This document shows positions 44,601 to 54,000 of a DNA stretch of 64,000 nucleotides, piece by piece. The position numbers and the translations under genes are program-made. Location: positions 5,022,001 to 5,086,000 of the forward strand of contig OZ024760.1 of assembly GCA_964016885.1 (NCBI GenBank), in the 5' to 3' direction. Below the pieces are notes generated by a model. The model worked only from the letters and a program-made list of their open reading frames with translations. It was not told the origin of the DNA and did not search any database. Every line of letters begins with the position of its first letter. Within the stretch, counting starts at the first letter, position 1. The DNA comes from Eledone cirrhosa (taxonomy: Eukaryota).

Positions 44601-47389
44601 AGGAATGAGATCACATATGAATGCCTGTGGAATGCACTGCCTGTTACCACAGTCAAATTCATCCTCTTTACAAACTATAAAATGAAATAAAACAAAACTG
44701 CATATAAAGTATTTTATAAAACCCTTTAACTATTGAATATCGCACTCTATCAAGGAAACCAATATCGTAAATAAAAGATTTTTGTAGGGGTGGATAATGT
44801 ATTCATTGAAAATAACTATAATATAATAATATTTACAATAAAAAATAATAATATTTAAAGGAATAAAATAAAAAGGAAAGCAAAAGAGGCAGGGAGGGAC
44901 AGATTCTATACCCCAGCTTGAGCAGTGATTTGGCTGTGCCCTGCAGACAAAATGGCAAAGGCATTGCCATGGAGAATGGCCAGCAAAACCTGCTGCATCA
45001 ACCACCCCACCTCATGGGGATCCTTCCTCAGGCGGGCTGCTGTCTTTGTGATTTTGCAGAGGAAATCGGCAGTGTGGGAACCAAGGACACCAGAGGTCTC
45101 AACAGTGACTGGTATGAAAAGATTGTAAACTTTTTTATTCTTTGAGATGTGAGAGGGGAATAGTTTTGGGGAAATATTTTAGCAGGATTACTAAATAGTA
45201 ACTTATTAGTTTACTCTCAAAGTTTATAGACACATTATTATTTTGTAACTACTGTTTTCTTTTAACAACCATATGCATTTTGACAGCAGTGGAGTTCTCT
45301 GATTGCTTATCTGACTTAATGAGCTGGTATATTGCATATAACTGTTTTTAAAACTATTTGCTGATTGTCAAATGTAGTTTTTTTATTATTAAATCACTTG
45401 ATGACCATATGACTGAGGTGCAGGACTCAATGGAGACCAGTAAGAAGGGCAAAAATAGATAGGCTGGCCACATCTCTCATCTCAGAGACAACAGGTGGAC
45501 TATGAGAGGGACTGGGTGGGCACCAAGGCAGTGGAGAATAACTAGAAGGCAGCCAAAGGCAAGATGGCATGACAGTTTCCACATGGCCCAGTATGGCCAG
45601 AGATAGGGAATGGTGGAGGTCAACCAGAGAGAGGTTTCTCCAACAAGAATGAGAATGCCCTGGATTTAGATTTGGAATGTTCTAAATATCAGTCTACTAA
45701 TGAAAAAGATAGTTATTTCGTTAAATTCTTCCATAGTTTTAATTATTTTCAAAATTTATTGGAACACATAAGTTGCGTGTTTCATTAGAAATATAGTAAA
45801 GAAATGGTTAACTCTTTAGCATTTACATTACTCTATATTTACTATTGTATTTTCATGGTAAAGGCTTTAACATAATTATCTCACATATTATCGAATCTGT
45901 GAGATGTGGATATTATTTATTTTGAGAACAATACCTTAACATCAGCATGAATGGCTGGTTACAGCTGGTTTGAATAGAAAAAGTTGAAGGAATTCTGGCT
46001 GGATATGGCTGGTTTAAATGCTAAAGGGTTAAAGATGTCTATAGATAGCTACATTATTTAGTGTTCTCTATGGTGCCATAATGTTATATGGTGATTTCTA
46101 AAATCAAATATAGTAAATGTTTTCATGTTACATTTTGTATTAGTAGTGACAGTTGTGGTTGCCATTGTTGTAGTAGTTGGTTTTCGAACTGGTTTAGTAA
46201 TGGTTGGGGCTTCTGTTTTCTTCTTTGAGCCATCACAATTCCTCTCATCCTCACCCCTGGGACAATCATAGACTCCATTGCACACCAGTTCCTGTTGCAG
46301 ACATTTCTTGTCTTCACAGAGGAAACCATGATTCTTACATTCTGTGACACAAGAAACAAGTAAGGAAAAGTCTTTATTGTTGTTTTTATATGATATGTAA
46401 GGTATATTAGAAAAAGACCCTATCGGTTTCTCAAAAAAATACACCCTGCACAGGCTATAAAGGGGTAGCGATGGTGCTACAATAAAATGTACCCTGTACA
46501 TTCTGTAAAGGGTTAGTGTTGGTGCAACGATAAAATGCACTCTGTACACTCTGTAAAGGGTTATGCCATGATAAAATTCACCTTGTGCACTCTGTAAACT
46601 TGTAGTGGTAGTGCTGGTACCATGCATCCACTATACTCTGTAAAATAGCTGGCATTAGGAAGATCATCCAGCTATAGAAACTATACCAAAATAGGAAATA
46701 GGGATAGGTCAGATGTGATTATCTTACCTATCCCTTCTCAGATCGTGGCAACCCGTCTAACCCATGCCAACACTACTGAAAATATAATGGTATCTAATTT
46801 AGGTAAAAGTCCAGGAAAGCGAAAGAATTTAACTGGAACTTTATTTTATTGACCCCAGAAGGATAAAAGACAAAGTTGACCTTAGTGGAATTTGGGCTTA
46901 GAATGTAAAGAGCAATTTGTCCGACACTAATGACTCTGCCCATCCCCTCCCCTAGTAATTAAGATATTAATTGTTTCTAACTTGGTACTTAGCCATTGAT
47001 TTGGGAAAAATCAATTATATTGACCACAGTAATGAACTGTTTGACCGCGGCACTATTTGAACTCAGAATGTACAAAGTTGTAACTAAATAGCACAAAGAC
47101 TCTACCGATTCTGCTAATCTACTGCCTTTTATGATAATGATGATTTTTATTTTAGGCACAAGGCCAGCAATTTGAATGGAGAGGGGAAAATAATTTATAC
47201 TGATCCTAGTACACTACTGGTACTACTACTAATAACAATAGCTTAAATCTGTTTTACCTGTTTCCTTGGTAGGTAAGGAACAATATTGTTCATCACTGCC
47301 GTCATGGCAGTGCCATATTCGGTCACACTTTAAGTAGGATTCAATACACTGACCATTATCACATTGGAACTGATGCCAGCTGCAAGAGC
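2218..47389 (-). CDS. Multi-exon mosaic serine protease (corin-like: 18 LDLa, Frizzled CRD, SRCR, S1A protease); 5' end not in view
   Basis: 30 exons with AG/GT boundaries and compatible phases join into one ORF of ~4.17 kb (4.44 kb with the long form of the 40.3-40.8 kb exon). Catalytic motifs are TAAHC, DIALL and GDSGG. No signal peptide, TM segment or start exon was found upstream of 47389. Confidence 0.9.
2808..2953 (-). CDS. Protease exon
   Basis: [23 protein letters not shown]...[15 protein letters not shown]|gtaagt; phase 1 to 0. Confidence 0.92.
3622..3911 (-). CDS. Protease exon with catalytic Asp
   Basis: [17 protein letters not shown]...[10 protein letters not shown]...IKPICMP...[13 protein letters not shown]|gtaagt; phase 2 to 1. 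Confidence 0.95.
3975..4162 (+). mobile_element. tRNA-derived SINE inserted in a piggyBac-type MITE
   Basis: A box TGGCAGTATCGG, B box GAGTTCAAATCC, core gcctttcatccttacggggtcgataaa; duplicated target actctatatatacta on both sides. Confidence 0.8.
4716..4800 (-). ncRNA. Type I hammerhead ribozyme motif (PLE-type), long helix II
   Basis: ggt CTGACGA gcc...ggt GAAA cgcgcg TC acc, followed by AATAAA. Confidence 0.65.
5462..5520 (-). ncRNA. Type I hammerhead ribozyme motif
   Basis: ttat CTGATGA aagcgcaccaa-tgttgtc-ttggttgccctt GAAA tatatata TA ataa. Confidence 0.65.
6221..6401 (-). CDS. Activation site and catalytic His exon
   Basis: [33 protein letters not shown]...[21 protein letters not shown]; phase 1 to 2. 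Confidence 0.93.
6520..7700. repeat. Minisatellite, ~120-bp higher-order unit made of three ~40-bp monomers
   Basis: Period ~120 with internal repeats of tgtaagtgtagagaagtgttgtagtt; a related monomer array lies at ~9105-9490. Confidence 0.9.
7932..7978 (-). CDS. SRCR C-terminal exon
   Basis: tag|G TCC TGC... [15 protein letters not shown]|gtaagt; 47 nt, phase 2 to 1. Confidence 0.85.
8765..8875 (-). CDS. SRCR middle exon
   Basis: [37 protein letters not shown]; 111 nt, phase 2 to 2, open frame, gtaagt donor. Confidence 0.82.
9496..9631 (-). CDS. SRCR N-terminal exon
   Basis: VSLRTSD...[19 protein letters not shown] matches the SRCR VC..W....a..vC..L motif; phase 1 to 2. Confidence 0.88.
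10192..10305 (-). CDS. LDLa exon
   Basis: [38 protein letters not shown]; phase 1-1. Confidence 0.92.
10398..10613. mobile_element. piggyBac-type MITE (~215 bp), representative copy
   Basis: TTAA-CCCTTTAACATTT ... AAATGCTAAAGGG-TTAA; further copies near 3937-4367, 11288-11490, 13671-13932, 18296-18578, 33886-34112 (inverted) and 45808-46032. Confidence 0.75.
11919..12005 (-). CDS. Ser/Thr-rich linker exon
   Basis: [28 protein letters not shown]; 87 nt, cag/gt, phase 1-1. Confidence 0.65.
12124..12504. repeat. 38-bp tandem repeat, ~10 copies
   Basis: Unit ctctgtggtgtgtatagtgtgtagatatgatactgtat. Confidence 0.95.
13494..13601 (-). CDS. LDLa exon
   Basis: [35 protein letters not shown]; 108 nt. 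Confidence 0.92.
14028..14373. mobile_element. Tc1/mariner-type MITE with internal ~150-bp tandem duplication
   Basis: TA flanks; TIRs tcagctgaaaggttcata / tatgaacctttcagctga; 14056-14200 is repeated at ~14205-14345. Confidence 0.7.
14398..14505 (-). CDS. LDLa exon
   Basis: [35 protein letters not shown]; 108 nt. Confidence 0.92.
15252..15359 (-). CDS. LDLa exon
   Basis: [35 protein letters not shown]; 108 nt. Confidence 0.9.
15420..15468 (-). ncRNA. Hammerhead ribozyme motif (U-U at base of helix II)
   Basis: gcttc CTGATGA tttctcccaaat GAAA cag-ttctagtc-ctg TA gaagc. Confidence 0.65.
15745..17325 (-). mobile_element. 5'-truncated Penelope-like element with inverted terminal copy
   Basis: Minus strand ~17020-16885 encodes [35 protein letters not shown], the PLE GIY-YIG C-terminal motif. 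15745-15970 is an inverted copy of 17024-17235 and each arm has a hammerhead. Internal duplication ~16150-16385 / 16515-16748. Confidence 0.75.
17130..17196 (+). ncRNA. Hammerhead ribozyme motif (inverted twin at 15795-15861, minus strand)
   Basis: ttttat CTGATGA aaacacaaatattattgcatgatgatatttgttttt GAAA tgcgca TA ataaaa; palindromic helix III. Confidence 0.75.
17585..17640 (+). ncRNA. Hammerhead ribozyme motif, cleanest copy
   Basis: actgc CTGATGA ggtcatagccat-tca-atggctatcatc GAAA tatata TA gcagt, then AATAAA. Confidence 0.8.
17721..17831 (-). CDS. LDLa exon
   Basis: [36 protein letters not shown]; 111 nt. Confidence 0.92.
18046..18159 (-). CDS. LDLa exon
   Basis: [37 protein letters not shown]; 114 nt; translated by hand, absent from the ORF track. 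Confidence 0.9.
19509..19556 (-). CDS. Linker micro-exon
   Basis: tttacag|GG AAC AGT...GAA CCA G|gtaat encodes [16 protein letters not shown]; 48 nt, phase 1-1. Confidence 0.65.
20070..20180 (-). CDS. Frizzled CRD, second exon
   Basis: [26 protein letters not shown] supplies Cys 8-10 of the 10-Cys CRD. Confidence 0.85.
20264..21815. repeat. 41-bp minisatellite, ~38 copies
   Basis: Unit ggaaggaagctactgtagaggtagaccaaggaaataccaat; no spacers. Confidence 0.97.
21910..22225 (-). mobile_element. CR1/L2-like LINE 3' fragment
   Basis: [34 protein letters not shown] matches the CR1-group RV..WN.LP..vV....FK terminus; the tail recurs at ~28500-28820. Confidence 0.7.
22728..22976 (-). CDS. Frizzled CRD, first exon
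   Basis: [24 protein letters not shown]...[17 protein letters not shown]...TCKFICD, Cys 1-7 of the Fz domain. Confidence 0.93.
24156..24182 (-). CDS. Candidate 27-nt micro-exon
   Basis: Polypyrimidine tract, ccttcag|CTCCAGCAGGTGTCAAAGGGTCATCAG|gtgag encodes PAGVKGSS; phase 1-1. Confidence 0.55.
24616..24651 (+). ncRNA. Minimal hammerhead ribozyme motif
   Basis: tctt CTGATGA a ggac-tagc-gtcc GAAA cg TT aaga; a decayed copy lies at ~41528-41562. Confidence 0.7.
25245..25376 (-). CDS. LDLa exon
   Basis: [43 protein letters not shown]; an alternative in-frame acceptor lies 6 nt inside. Confidence 0.92.
26800..27380. mobile_element. Long-TIR MITE, probably Merlin-related
   Basis: GGCATACGTTAAGACGGGCGTTCCGGAAAGTGAAAGTAAATTTTTTGACAACACTG is inverted at both ends (~190-bp arms); internal 55-bp direct repeat; no TSD seen. 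Confidence 0.7.
27393..28110. mobile_element. Merlin (IS1595/ISXO2-like) foldback element with transposase remnants on both strands
   Basis: TIR GGCGTT(C/G)CTTACTTTTAGCGGTGTCAAGAATGAAAG; perfect 9-bp TSD cattgttta; [36 protein letters not shown] motifs. Confidence 0.88.
28940..29378 (-). mobile_element. Non-autonomous Helitron-like element
   Basis: Minus strand starts A|TCTATATA...AAAA and ends in hairpin ctagcagaaaactacccgaagggtggtttttctgCTAG|T; A-T target, no TSD. Confidence 0.6.
30113..30497 (+). mobile_element. Second tRNA-derived SINE family, representative copy
   Basis: A box TGGCTTAGTGG, B box GAGTTCGATTC. Related heads at ~8215-8325 (-), 22270-22370, 38785-38922 (-) and 42808-43085. 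Its 3' tail recurs at 14568-14650. Confidence 0.75.
30568..30723 (-). CDS. LDLa + linker exon
   Basis: [52 protein letters not shown]; 156 nt. Confidence 0.92.
30855..32095 (-). mobile_element. Cluster of four same-orientation tRNA-SINE copies
   Basis: Repeated tactgg...tttat...aaag...tttgaactcag blocks at ~30855, 31050, 31210 and 31915. Confidence 0.8.
32776..32919 (-). CDS. LDLa + linker exon
   Basis: [48 protein letters not shown]; 144 nt. Confidence 0.92.
33450..33820 (+). pseudogene. Decayed Penelope-like GIY-YIG fragment
   Basis: [36 protein letters not shown] with stops; aligns by eye to the 56888-57343 ORF. Confidence 0.55.
37009..37155 (-). CDS. LDLa + linker exon
   Basis: [50 protein letters not shown]|gtcagt; 147 nt. 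Confidence 0.9.
39093..39236 (-). CDS. LDLa + linker exon
   Basis: [48 protein letters not shown]; 144 nt. Confidence 0.92.
40274..40762 (-). CDS. LDLa + long mucin-like Thr/Pro/Ser/Lys stalk exon (alternative donor at 40547)
   Basis: [37 protein letters not shown] followed by an open T/P/S/K-rich frame; two in-frame TCAG|gtaaaa donors. Confidence 0.85.
40963..41130 (-). CDS. LDLa + linker exon
   Basis: [56 protein letters not shown]; 168 nt; absent from the ORF track. Confidence 0.9.
41670..41945 (+). pseudogene. RTE-type LINE 3' fragment
   Basis: [36 protein letters not shown]; other RTE remnants at ~43735-44165 (-), 45400-45610 and 47545-47650. Confidence 0.7.
42234..42380 (-). CDS. LDLa + linker exon
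   Basis: [49 protein letters not shown]; 147 nt. Confidence 0.92.
43236..43382 (-). CDS. LDLa + linker exon
   Basis: [49 protein letters not shown]; 147 nt. Confidence 0.92.
44528..44674 (-). CDS. LDLa + linker exon
   Basis: [48 protein letters not shown]; 147 nt; donor position less certain. Confidence 0.88.
44906..45122 (-). pseudogene. CRE-like (restriction-like endonuclease) non-LTR retrotransposon 3' fragment
   Basis: [23 protein letters not shown]...[26 protein letters not shown] matches the F.P.avEt.G...Q.ls.ai.rGNA C-terminus. Confidence 0.7.
46132..46341 (-). CDS. LDLa + Thr-rich linker exon
   Basis: [70 protein letters not shown]; 210 nt. Confidence 0.88.
47258..47389 (-). CDS. 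Most 5' visible LDLa exon
   Basis: [43 protein letters not shown]; 132 nt; an acceptor is present, so more exons lie upstream. Confidence 0.9.
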
Positions 47390-48320
47390 CTTGGAGAGAG
47401 CAGAGCAGGGAAAAGCAAGTAGGTTTAGTGGTGGTTGTGGTTGAGGTGGTAGTGATGTGATCATGAAGGTTTCGATGTGTGTAAGATGTATATAGTTTTA
47501 CGAATGTGTTTCATATGCATGAATATATATATATATATATATGTGAAACTTACCGAGGAGATGGCGAAGGACCGTGACAAGTGGAGAGATGCTGTGCTGA
47601 ATAGGACCCATCCAACCCTTGCAAGCAGGGAAAAGCGGACGTAAAATGATAATATATATATATATGTATAGTGGTAGAACACTGGGAGGTTATATCCGTA
47701 GTAAGTAAGCACTCAGTCCATAGGATGAGTTCGGTATAAAATTAGTTCCATGACAGTTAGCAAACCATCTTCGAGGACATGTGTTTCACCTTGCTGATTT
47801 TCAACTTGAGTAGAAAATCTGCAAGGTAGAACACATGTCCTCAAAGATGGTTTGCTACCTGTTGTGGAACTAACTTTATATATAAATTTGAAGTGTAGTG
47901 TAAGGTATACTTTTTATCATAAACATACCATTTATTTATCATTACTAAGAAAAATTATTTGGAGTGGATGATGATATAAAAGATACATATAGGTGTATAT
48001 GTATAAATATATGACCCCTCTCTCTCACTATATCGGAGAATAAATTTAGATTAAATCTGCCAGCTAAGAACAACTCTTCTCCAATTGCTCTTTAACGACC
48101 TATACACAGATCTTCTCTTGATAATGAATGGTAAATCCGAAGATATTTGAGATCAATAAAATTGCTAAGGTAAAATTCTACTGTTCTCACTCTTTTCTCA
48201 GTCCTTTTATTCTCTATAACTCCTATTACCTTTGCACTTTTAATCTCGCATGCATTGTTGGGCTTCTTATTCCACAATGCTTCAAGCAAACTACAACACT
48301 TTGTTATATATATATATATG

Positions 48321-48379
<59 letters not shown>

Positions 48380-48842
48380 ATATATATATAAATGAGAGAA
48401 AGAAAGATCAGAATTTTACCAAATCAGACTAGTAAGAACATTGTCCAGCAGAGTACTTGATATTTGGGGATAGTAGAGAGTAAATACAGTGGAGGGTTGG
48501 GGCCCCGGTGGCTGAGCTCTTGTCATTTGGCTCAATAGCTGAGCATTCTTGCCATTGGGCCCAAACTCTCTACTGTTTCATTCAAAAGCTATCATCAGGA
48601 AAGCTTTCCTGAATAAAACAGTTCTAATCCTGTAGAAGCCATTTCTATATTAAATTTGCTGTATACACTCTACTAATGTACTGAGTAGCTTTCTTACTGT
48701 GGTTACCCCCGATTGAACCCGGGACTCACACACACACACACATACACACATATATATAAAATGAGTTAAAGACTTCATTAATATGTAATTAACTGACTTT
48801 ATAACAGATACGAAGCATGAAACAATTTATACATCTCATATG

Positions 48843-48920
48843 TATTTTGTCTGAAGAAGGCATGCTCTGATTTATGTTAAACATAAATTTTTGCATCCCC
48901 GAAATATACATAATGAAATA
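48843..48920 (+). ncRNA. Hammerhead ribozyme motif
   Basis: tattttgt CTGAAGA aggcatgc...atttatgt-taa-acataaat...gcatcccc GAAA tataca TA atgaaata. Confidence 0.6.
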
Positions 48921-49180
48921 AATAGTGATATAAACTTATATCTTGCGTTTATTACTATTATTATTATATATATATATGATATATATATATGATAATCTCA
49001 GTTTGACAATCACCACCAACAAATGTGAGAAAGTTCTCCAGGAAAGTTAACCAGGAATCTTTAAAAATCTGCCCACCGAAGTAAACAAAGAACTTACTAG
49101 ATCTACCAACTCATAATATAAAATTAAATCGAATTGTTTAGAACTACAAGTGAAGTCATTCTTTTCCTTTTTTCATATAT

Positions 49181-49215
<35 letters not shown>

Positions 49216-49513
49216 AATATATATTGTTATATTTGGGGAGGGTCATATTTGCGTAATATTGCCAGAATTAATAACAGAACACACTCACTTTTTGACCACC
49301 GGTCAGTCAATGGCAACATTGAGGACCGAGTAAGTTAGATCGCAGATATGTATATATAAAAGACAGCGAGAAGCGAAAACCAACCAAACAGTGAGTGTGT
49401 TCTGTTATTAATTCTGGCAATATTACGCAAATATGACCCTCCCCAAATATAACAATATCTGTTTCGACACACGATTTCATATAAAAAACCTCGCAAAACT
49501 AATTCATCGCCGC

Positions 49514-49726
<213 letters not shown>

Positions 49727-49915
49727 TAAAATAACAGATTAAAGTTTAAGCAAAGAATCGAAGATCCCGTTAAGGGTGAAAGCAGCGATTCTTTGCTTAA
49801 ACTTTAATCTGTTATTTTAATAAATATTTGCTCTACGGTTCTTATATATTTGATATATATTTTCCTTATCGAGCCCTCTTTGGATTTTAGTCTTCAATTT
49901 TATTATTATTACTAT

Positions 49916-49966
<51 letters not shown>

Positions 49967-50125
49967 AATATATACAGTATTTTCCGTAGTGTTGTAATAT
50001 AAATATTACACACAGTAGATGGACAGCTCACGTAGAGTTTGCTCGACAGTTCCAGTTGTAGTTCCAAAAGTAATCCGGAGAAAAATAGAAGGATTTAAAT
50101 GGATACAGTTTAGTTAAAAGGAATT

Positions 50126-50244
50126 TATTGACACATGTTTCAATAACAGTTACATAACCTGAAAACAGCTGCTAGCTACAAAGTATTAGTTATGCAGACA
50201 TTCAATATTTCAATGTTATTATCAACTGTCATTTCATCAGAATA
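50126..50244 (-). ncRNA. Hammerhead ribozyme motif, long helix II
   Basis: tatt CTGATGA aatgacagt...(~75 nt)...actgttatt GAAA catgtg TC aata. Confidence 0.7.
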
Positions 50245-50731
50245 ATTTTACTGAGGACCTGTTTGGTTTTTATAGAGAATATTAGGAGGGAGGGGTGAAG
50301 TTGTTAGAAGAATAGTTGAGGGAGTGGTTTTTTGATAGCAGTGAGAATTTTTGGTGGCAGTGAGTAATTAGATTCCCATCTGTTGTTTTGACATTTTTAT
50401 AGAATATATTATTGGTTATTTTTCTAAATCTATAGAAGAATTAGAGATAGTATAGATATGCATGGTTGGTTTTGTGTTTGCACTTAATTAACATTCAGAC
50501 TTAAATTTTTCTTTCAAGTGTACGTATCCTTTCGCCCACGCATTCACACACAAACATATATGCACACCTCTACAAAATACATATACTCACATACACATAC
50601 TTACATGCTCATACTTACATACATATACACATGCACACATATATATATATACATATATATACATATATACATGTACATACATACGCATTCATGTGTATAC
50701 ATTTTCATACTCAACTTATATATATATATAA

Positions 50732-50806
<75 letters not shown>

Positions 50807-51061
50807 ATGGAAAAATTTGAACAGGGACAAAACAGAGAGGCAGTACAACGAATGTTTATTAATTTCACGCTCTGGAGAGTGGGGTGTTGATGCGATGAAA
50901 TACCAATGATCGTTGGCAAATCGCTGATGAGGGACTCATTTTATAACATGTAATCCATGTGCAACCAAGCAGTATTCTTCTTCCCATATTTTTCATATAT
51001 ATATATATATTTCGTTTCTGAATTTGTTTAGCATATATATATATATATATATATATAAATA

Positions 51062-54000
51062 TGTAGTAAGACGCCTCACGCTCCTTGATAGAACAACGCC
51101 GGTTGAGAACGCCAGGAAGAAAAGACAGACAGCCACTGGAAAGCCGACGGATCACACGCCAGATACCAGCCTCTGTACAACACCATTGTTTGTGCTATAA
51201 CAAAAAATAAACGTATATTTCATCTCTAATTTCTGCTGTTATTATGTCACTTGCATCTCGATAACATCTACAACTAATACTGCTAAAGTGGTGACCGACG
51301 TAAGAATTTAACGCAGCCCTTCTTTTTCACCAATTGACCTTTTATTGCCACATTGTCGGCCCTTTTTTTCGCATCTTGCGAAAATAAAAAATAATCCTTT
51401 TAAAATTATCGAAAAATTAGTAGTATTTCATAAACTTTTTGCTACACTCGAGAACAACAACGACAGCAGCATCAGCGACAACATTGTTTAACCACTGACC
51501 AAAACCGGGAATAGTGAGTGGCAGCTTCATAGCCTTACCGACGCAAACCACCACACATCGGAAATATCAAAACGATTCATTCGTGTCGATAATTTAGAGC
51601 GACTTTTTTTTTATTCACTTGAATATTTCATTTCCGTTGCCAACTTTTTCGCAACTTACAGATGATATTCTCCAAACTGGATTTAATTCGTGCGTACCAT
51701 CAAATTCCTGTCCATAAAAGTGACATTCCAAAAACGGTTATAGTTACGCCATTTGGGTCTTTCGAGTTTTTGACTATGCCGTTCGGATTAAGGAATGCCG
51801 CTAGTACTTTTCAGCGGTTTATGGATGAGGTTACTCGCGGCCTCGATTTCGTCTATACCTATATTGACGATCTGCTCATTGCTAGTTCTTCTCCAGAGCA
51901 GCATACGCACCATTTGAATCTTCTTTTCCGCCGATTGAAGGCGTATAACGTGCAGCTTAATGCACCCAAATGTGTTTTTGGCGCTGAGTCATTGACTTTC
52001 TTGGGTCACGTCATCGATGCTGACGGAATTCGACCCCGGCCTGAGCGAGTTAAGGTCATAGAGGATTTGCCTCCACCGACCTCACTACGTCAGTTACGCC
52101 AGTTCTTAGGTCTGGTTAACTTTTATAGGCGTTTCGTGCCAAATTGTGCCAAGTTGCTTTTCTCCCTGACAGAAATTTTGAAAAATTGTCGGAGGAAGAA
52201 CAAAGATATTTCTTTGACAGACACTCAACTTGCTGATTTTCGGCACGCCAAAACTGTTTTGGCTAATGCTTCGTTACTGACTCACCCGGTACCCGGTGCA
52301 AGGCTAACGCTTTGTGTTGATGCATCGGATATCGCTGTGGGCGCAGTACTACAGCAAAACATCAATGGTTACCAGCAACCGCTGGAGTTTTTTTCCAAAA
52401 AGCTAAATCCTGCTGAGTCGCGCTACAGCACCTTTGGAAGAGAGCTTTTAGCCATCTATTTGGCCGTGAAACATTTTTCACATGTGCTAGAGGGTAGACA
52501 TTTTACTATCCTCACTGACCATAAACCATTGACTTTTGCTTTGAGAGCGAAGGCTGATAAATACTCGCCCAGAGAGACGAGACACCTTGATTTCATCTCG
52601 CAATATACGAGTGATATCCAGAACATTCCGGGTTCACTAAATACAGCGGCCGATGCTTTGTCCCGCTTGCCCGTGACAGCGATCTCGTCATCCTCTGACA
52701 TAGATCTGACTCGTTTGGCTGCGGATCAGCCTCCCCTTGAGTCACTGGATGTCACATCGCCCGAGTTTGTGAATTGCGAGATGAAATACTTGCCTCTGTC
52801 GACTGCAGTTGGCCAAATTCTCTGCGACGTCTCTTTGGACGTGCCTAGGCCCTTCGTTCCAGAGAATCATCGTCGGACCGTGTTTCTGGGATTACATTGT
52901 ATCTCGCATCTAGGATCTTCTGCGACAACAAAGCTCATATCAGCTAGATTTTTCTGGCCAAATATGAGGCGTGAAATTGCTGCTTGGTGCCGTTCCTGCG
53001 TCGCTTACCAGAGATCAAAGGTCCATCGACACGTCAAGGCTCCCCTGGGTACCTTTGCTAACCCAGATGCGCGTTTTTCGCATATTCATATTGACATAGT
53101 GGGACCTTGGCCTGTCAGCGATGGTTTTTCTTATCTACTTACCGTCATTGACCGTTTTTCGAGATGGCCTGAGGCCATCCCCTTGAAAAACATCACCGCG
53201 GAGACAACAGCACGTGCTCTTGTGTCTGGATGGATCTCTCGTTATGGAGTTCCATCCACAATAACTACCGACCGTGGACGACAGTTCGAGTCGAGCCTTT
53301 TCCTCGAGCTGTCAAAAATAATTGGTGCTAAACGCATTCGAACTACGGCATACCATCCCGCTTCGAATGGTATGGTGGAGCGTTTTCACCGCCAACTGAA
53401 GGCCTCCTTAATGGCCTCAATGGACTCGGCGCATTGGAGCGAGTACCTCCCTATTGTGCTACTAGGGATTCGGTCAACGGTGAAGGTCGACTTTGGATTT
53501 TCACCGGCCGAAGTACTGTACGGTGCCCCTCTGACGTTGCCCGGGCAAATGCTTGCCCCTATCGATCTTGATGCCCAAGATCACGCTTCCTACGTGTCCC
53601 GTTTGCGCTCCTATTTCCAGGATTTGCCGCCAATGGACACTAGGAAACAATCTGTCAAGACTGCTGTCCCGAGGGATATTGCCTCGTGGACGCATGTCTT
53701 TGTAAGGAATGATACGGTGAAGCCCCCGCTCACACAGCCTTACACTGGACCTTACCGTGTCTTAGCGCGCTCGGCTAAGCATTTCACGTTAGATATTAAG
53801 GGGTCCAGGGTGACAGTTACATTAGACAGGCTTAAGCAGGCGCACCTTGATACGGACGCTGTGGTCCCTGATCCATGAACCCATTCGTATTTGCCTGTTG
53901 AGCGAACGACTGTTCCTGATCCACCATCATCGCCTGTCCCTACACCACCACCATCGCCACGTTACAAGACCACGACCCGTTCAGGTCGTAGGGTCCACTG

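Noticed and set aside
2218-47389. Assigning the symbol CORIN, ndl or TMPRSS15
   Set aside because: Domain order, LDLa count, activation site and S1 pocket differ from these genes. Orthology needs a phylogeny.
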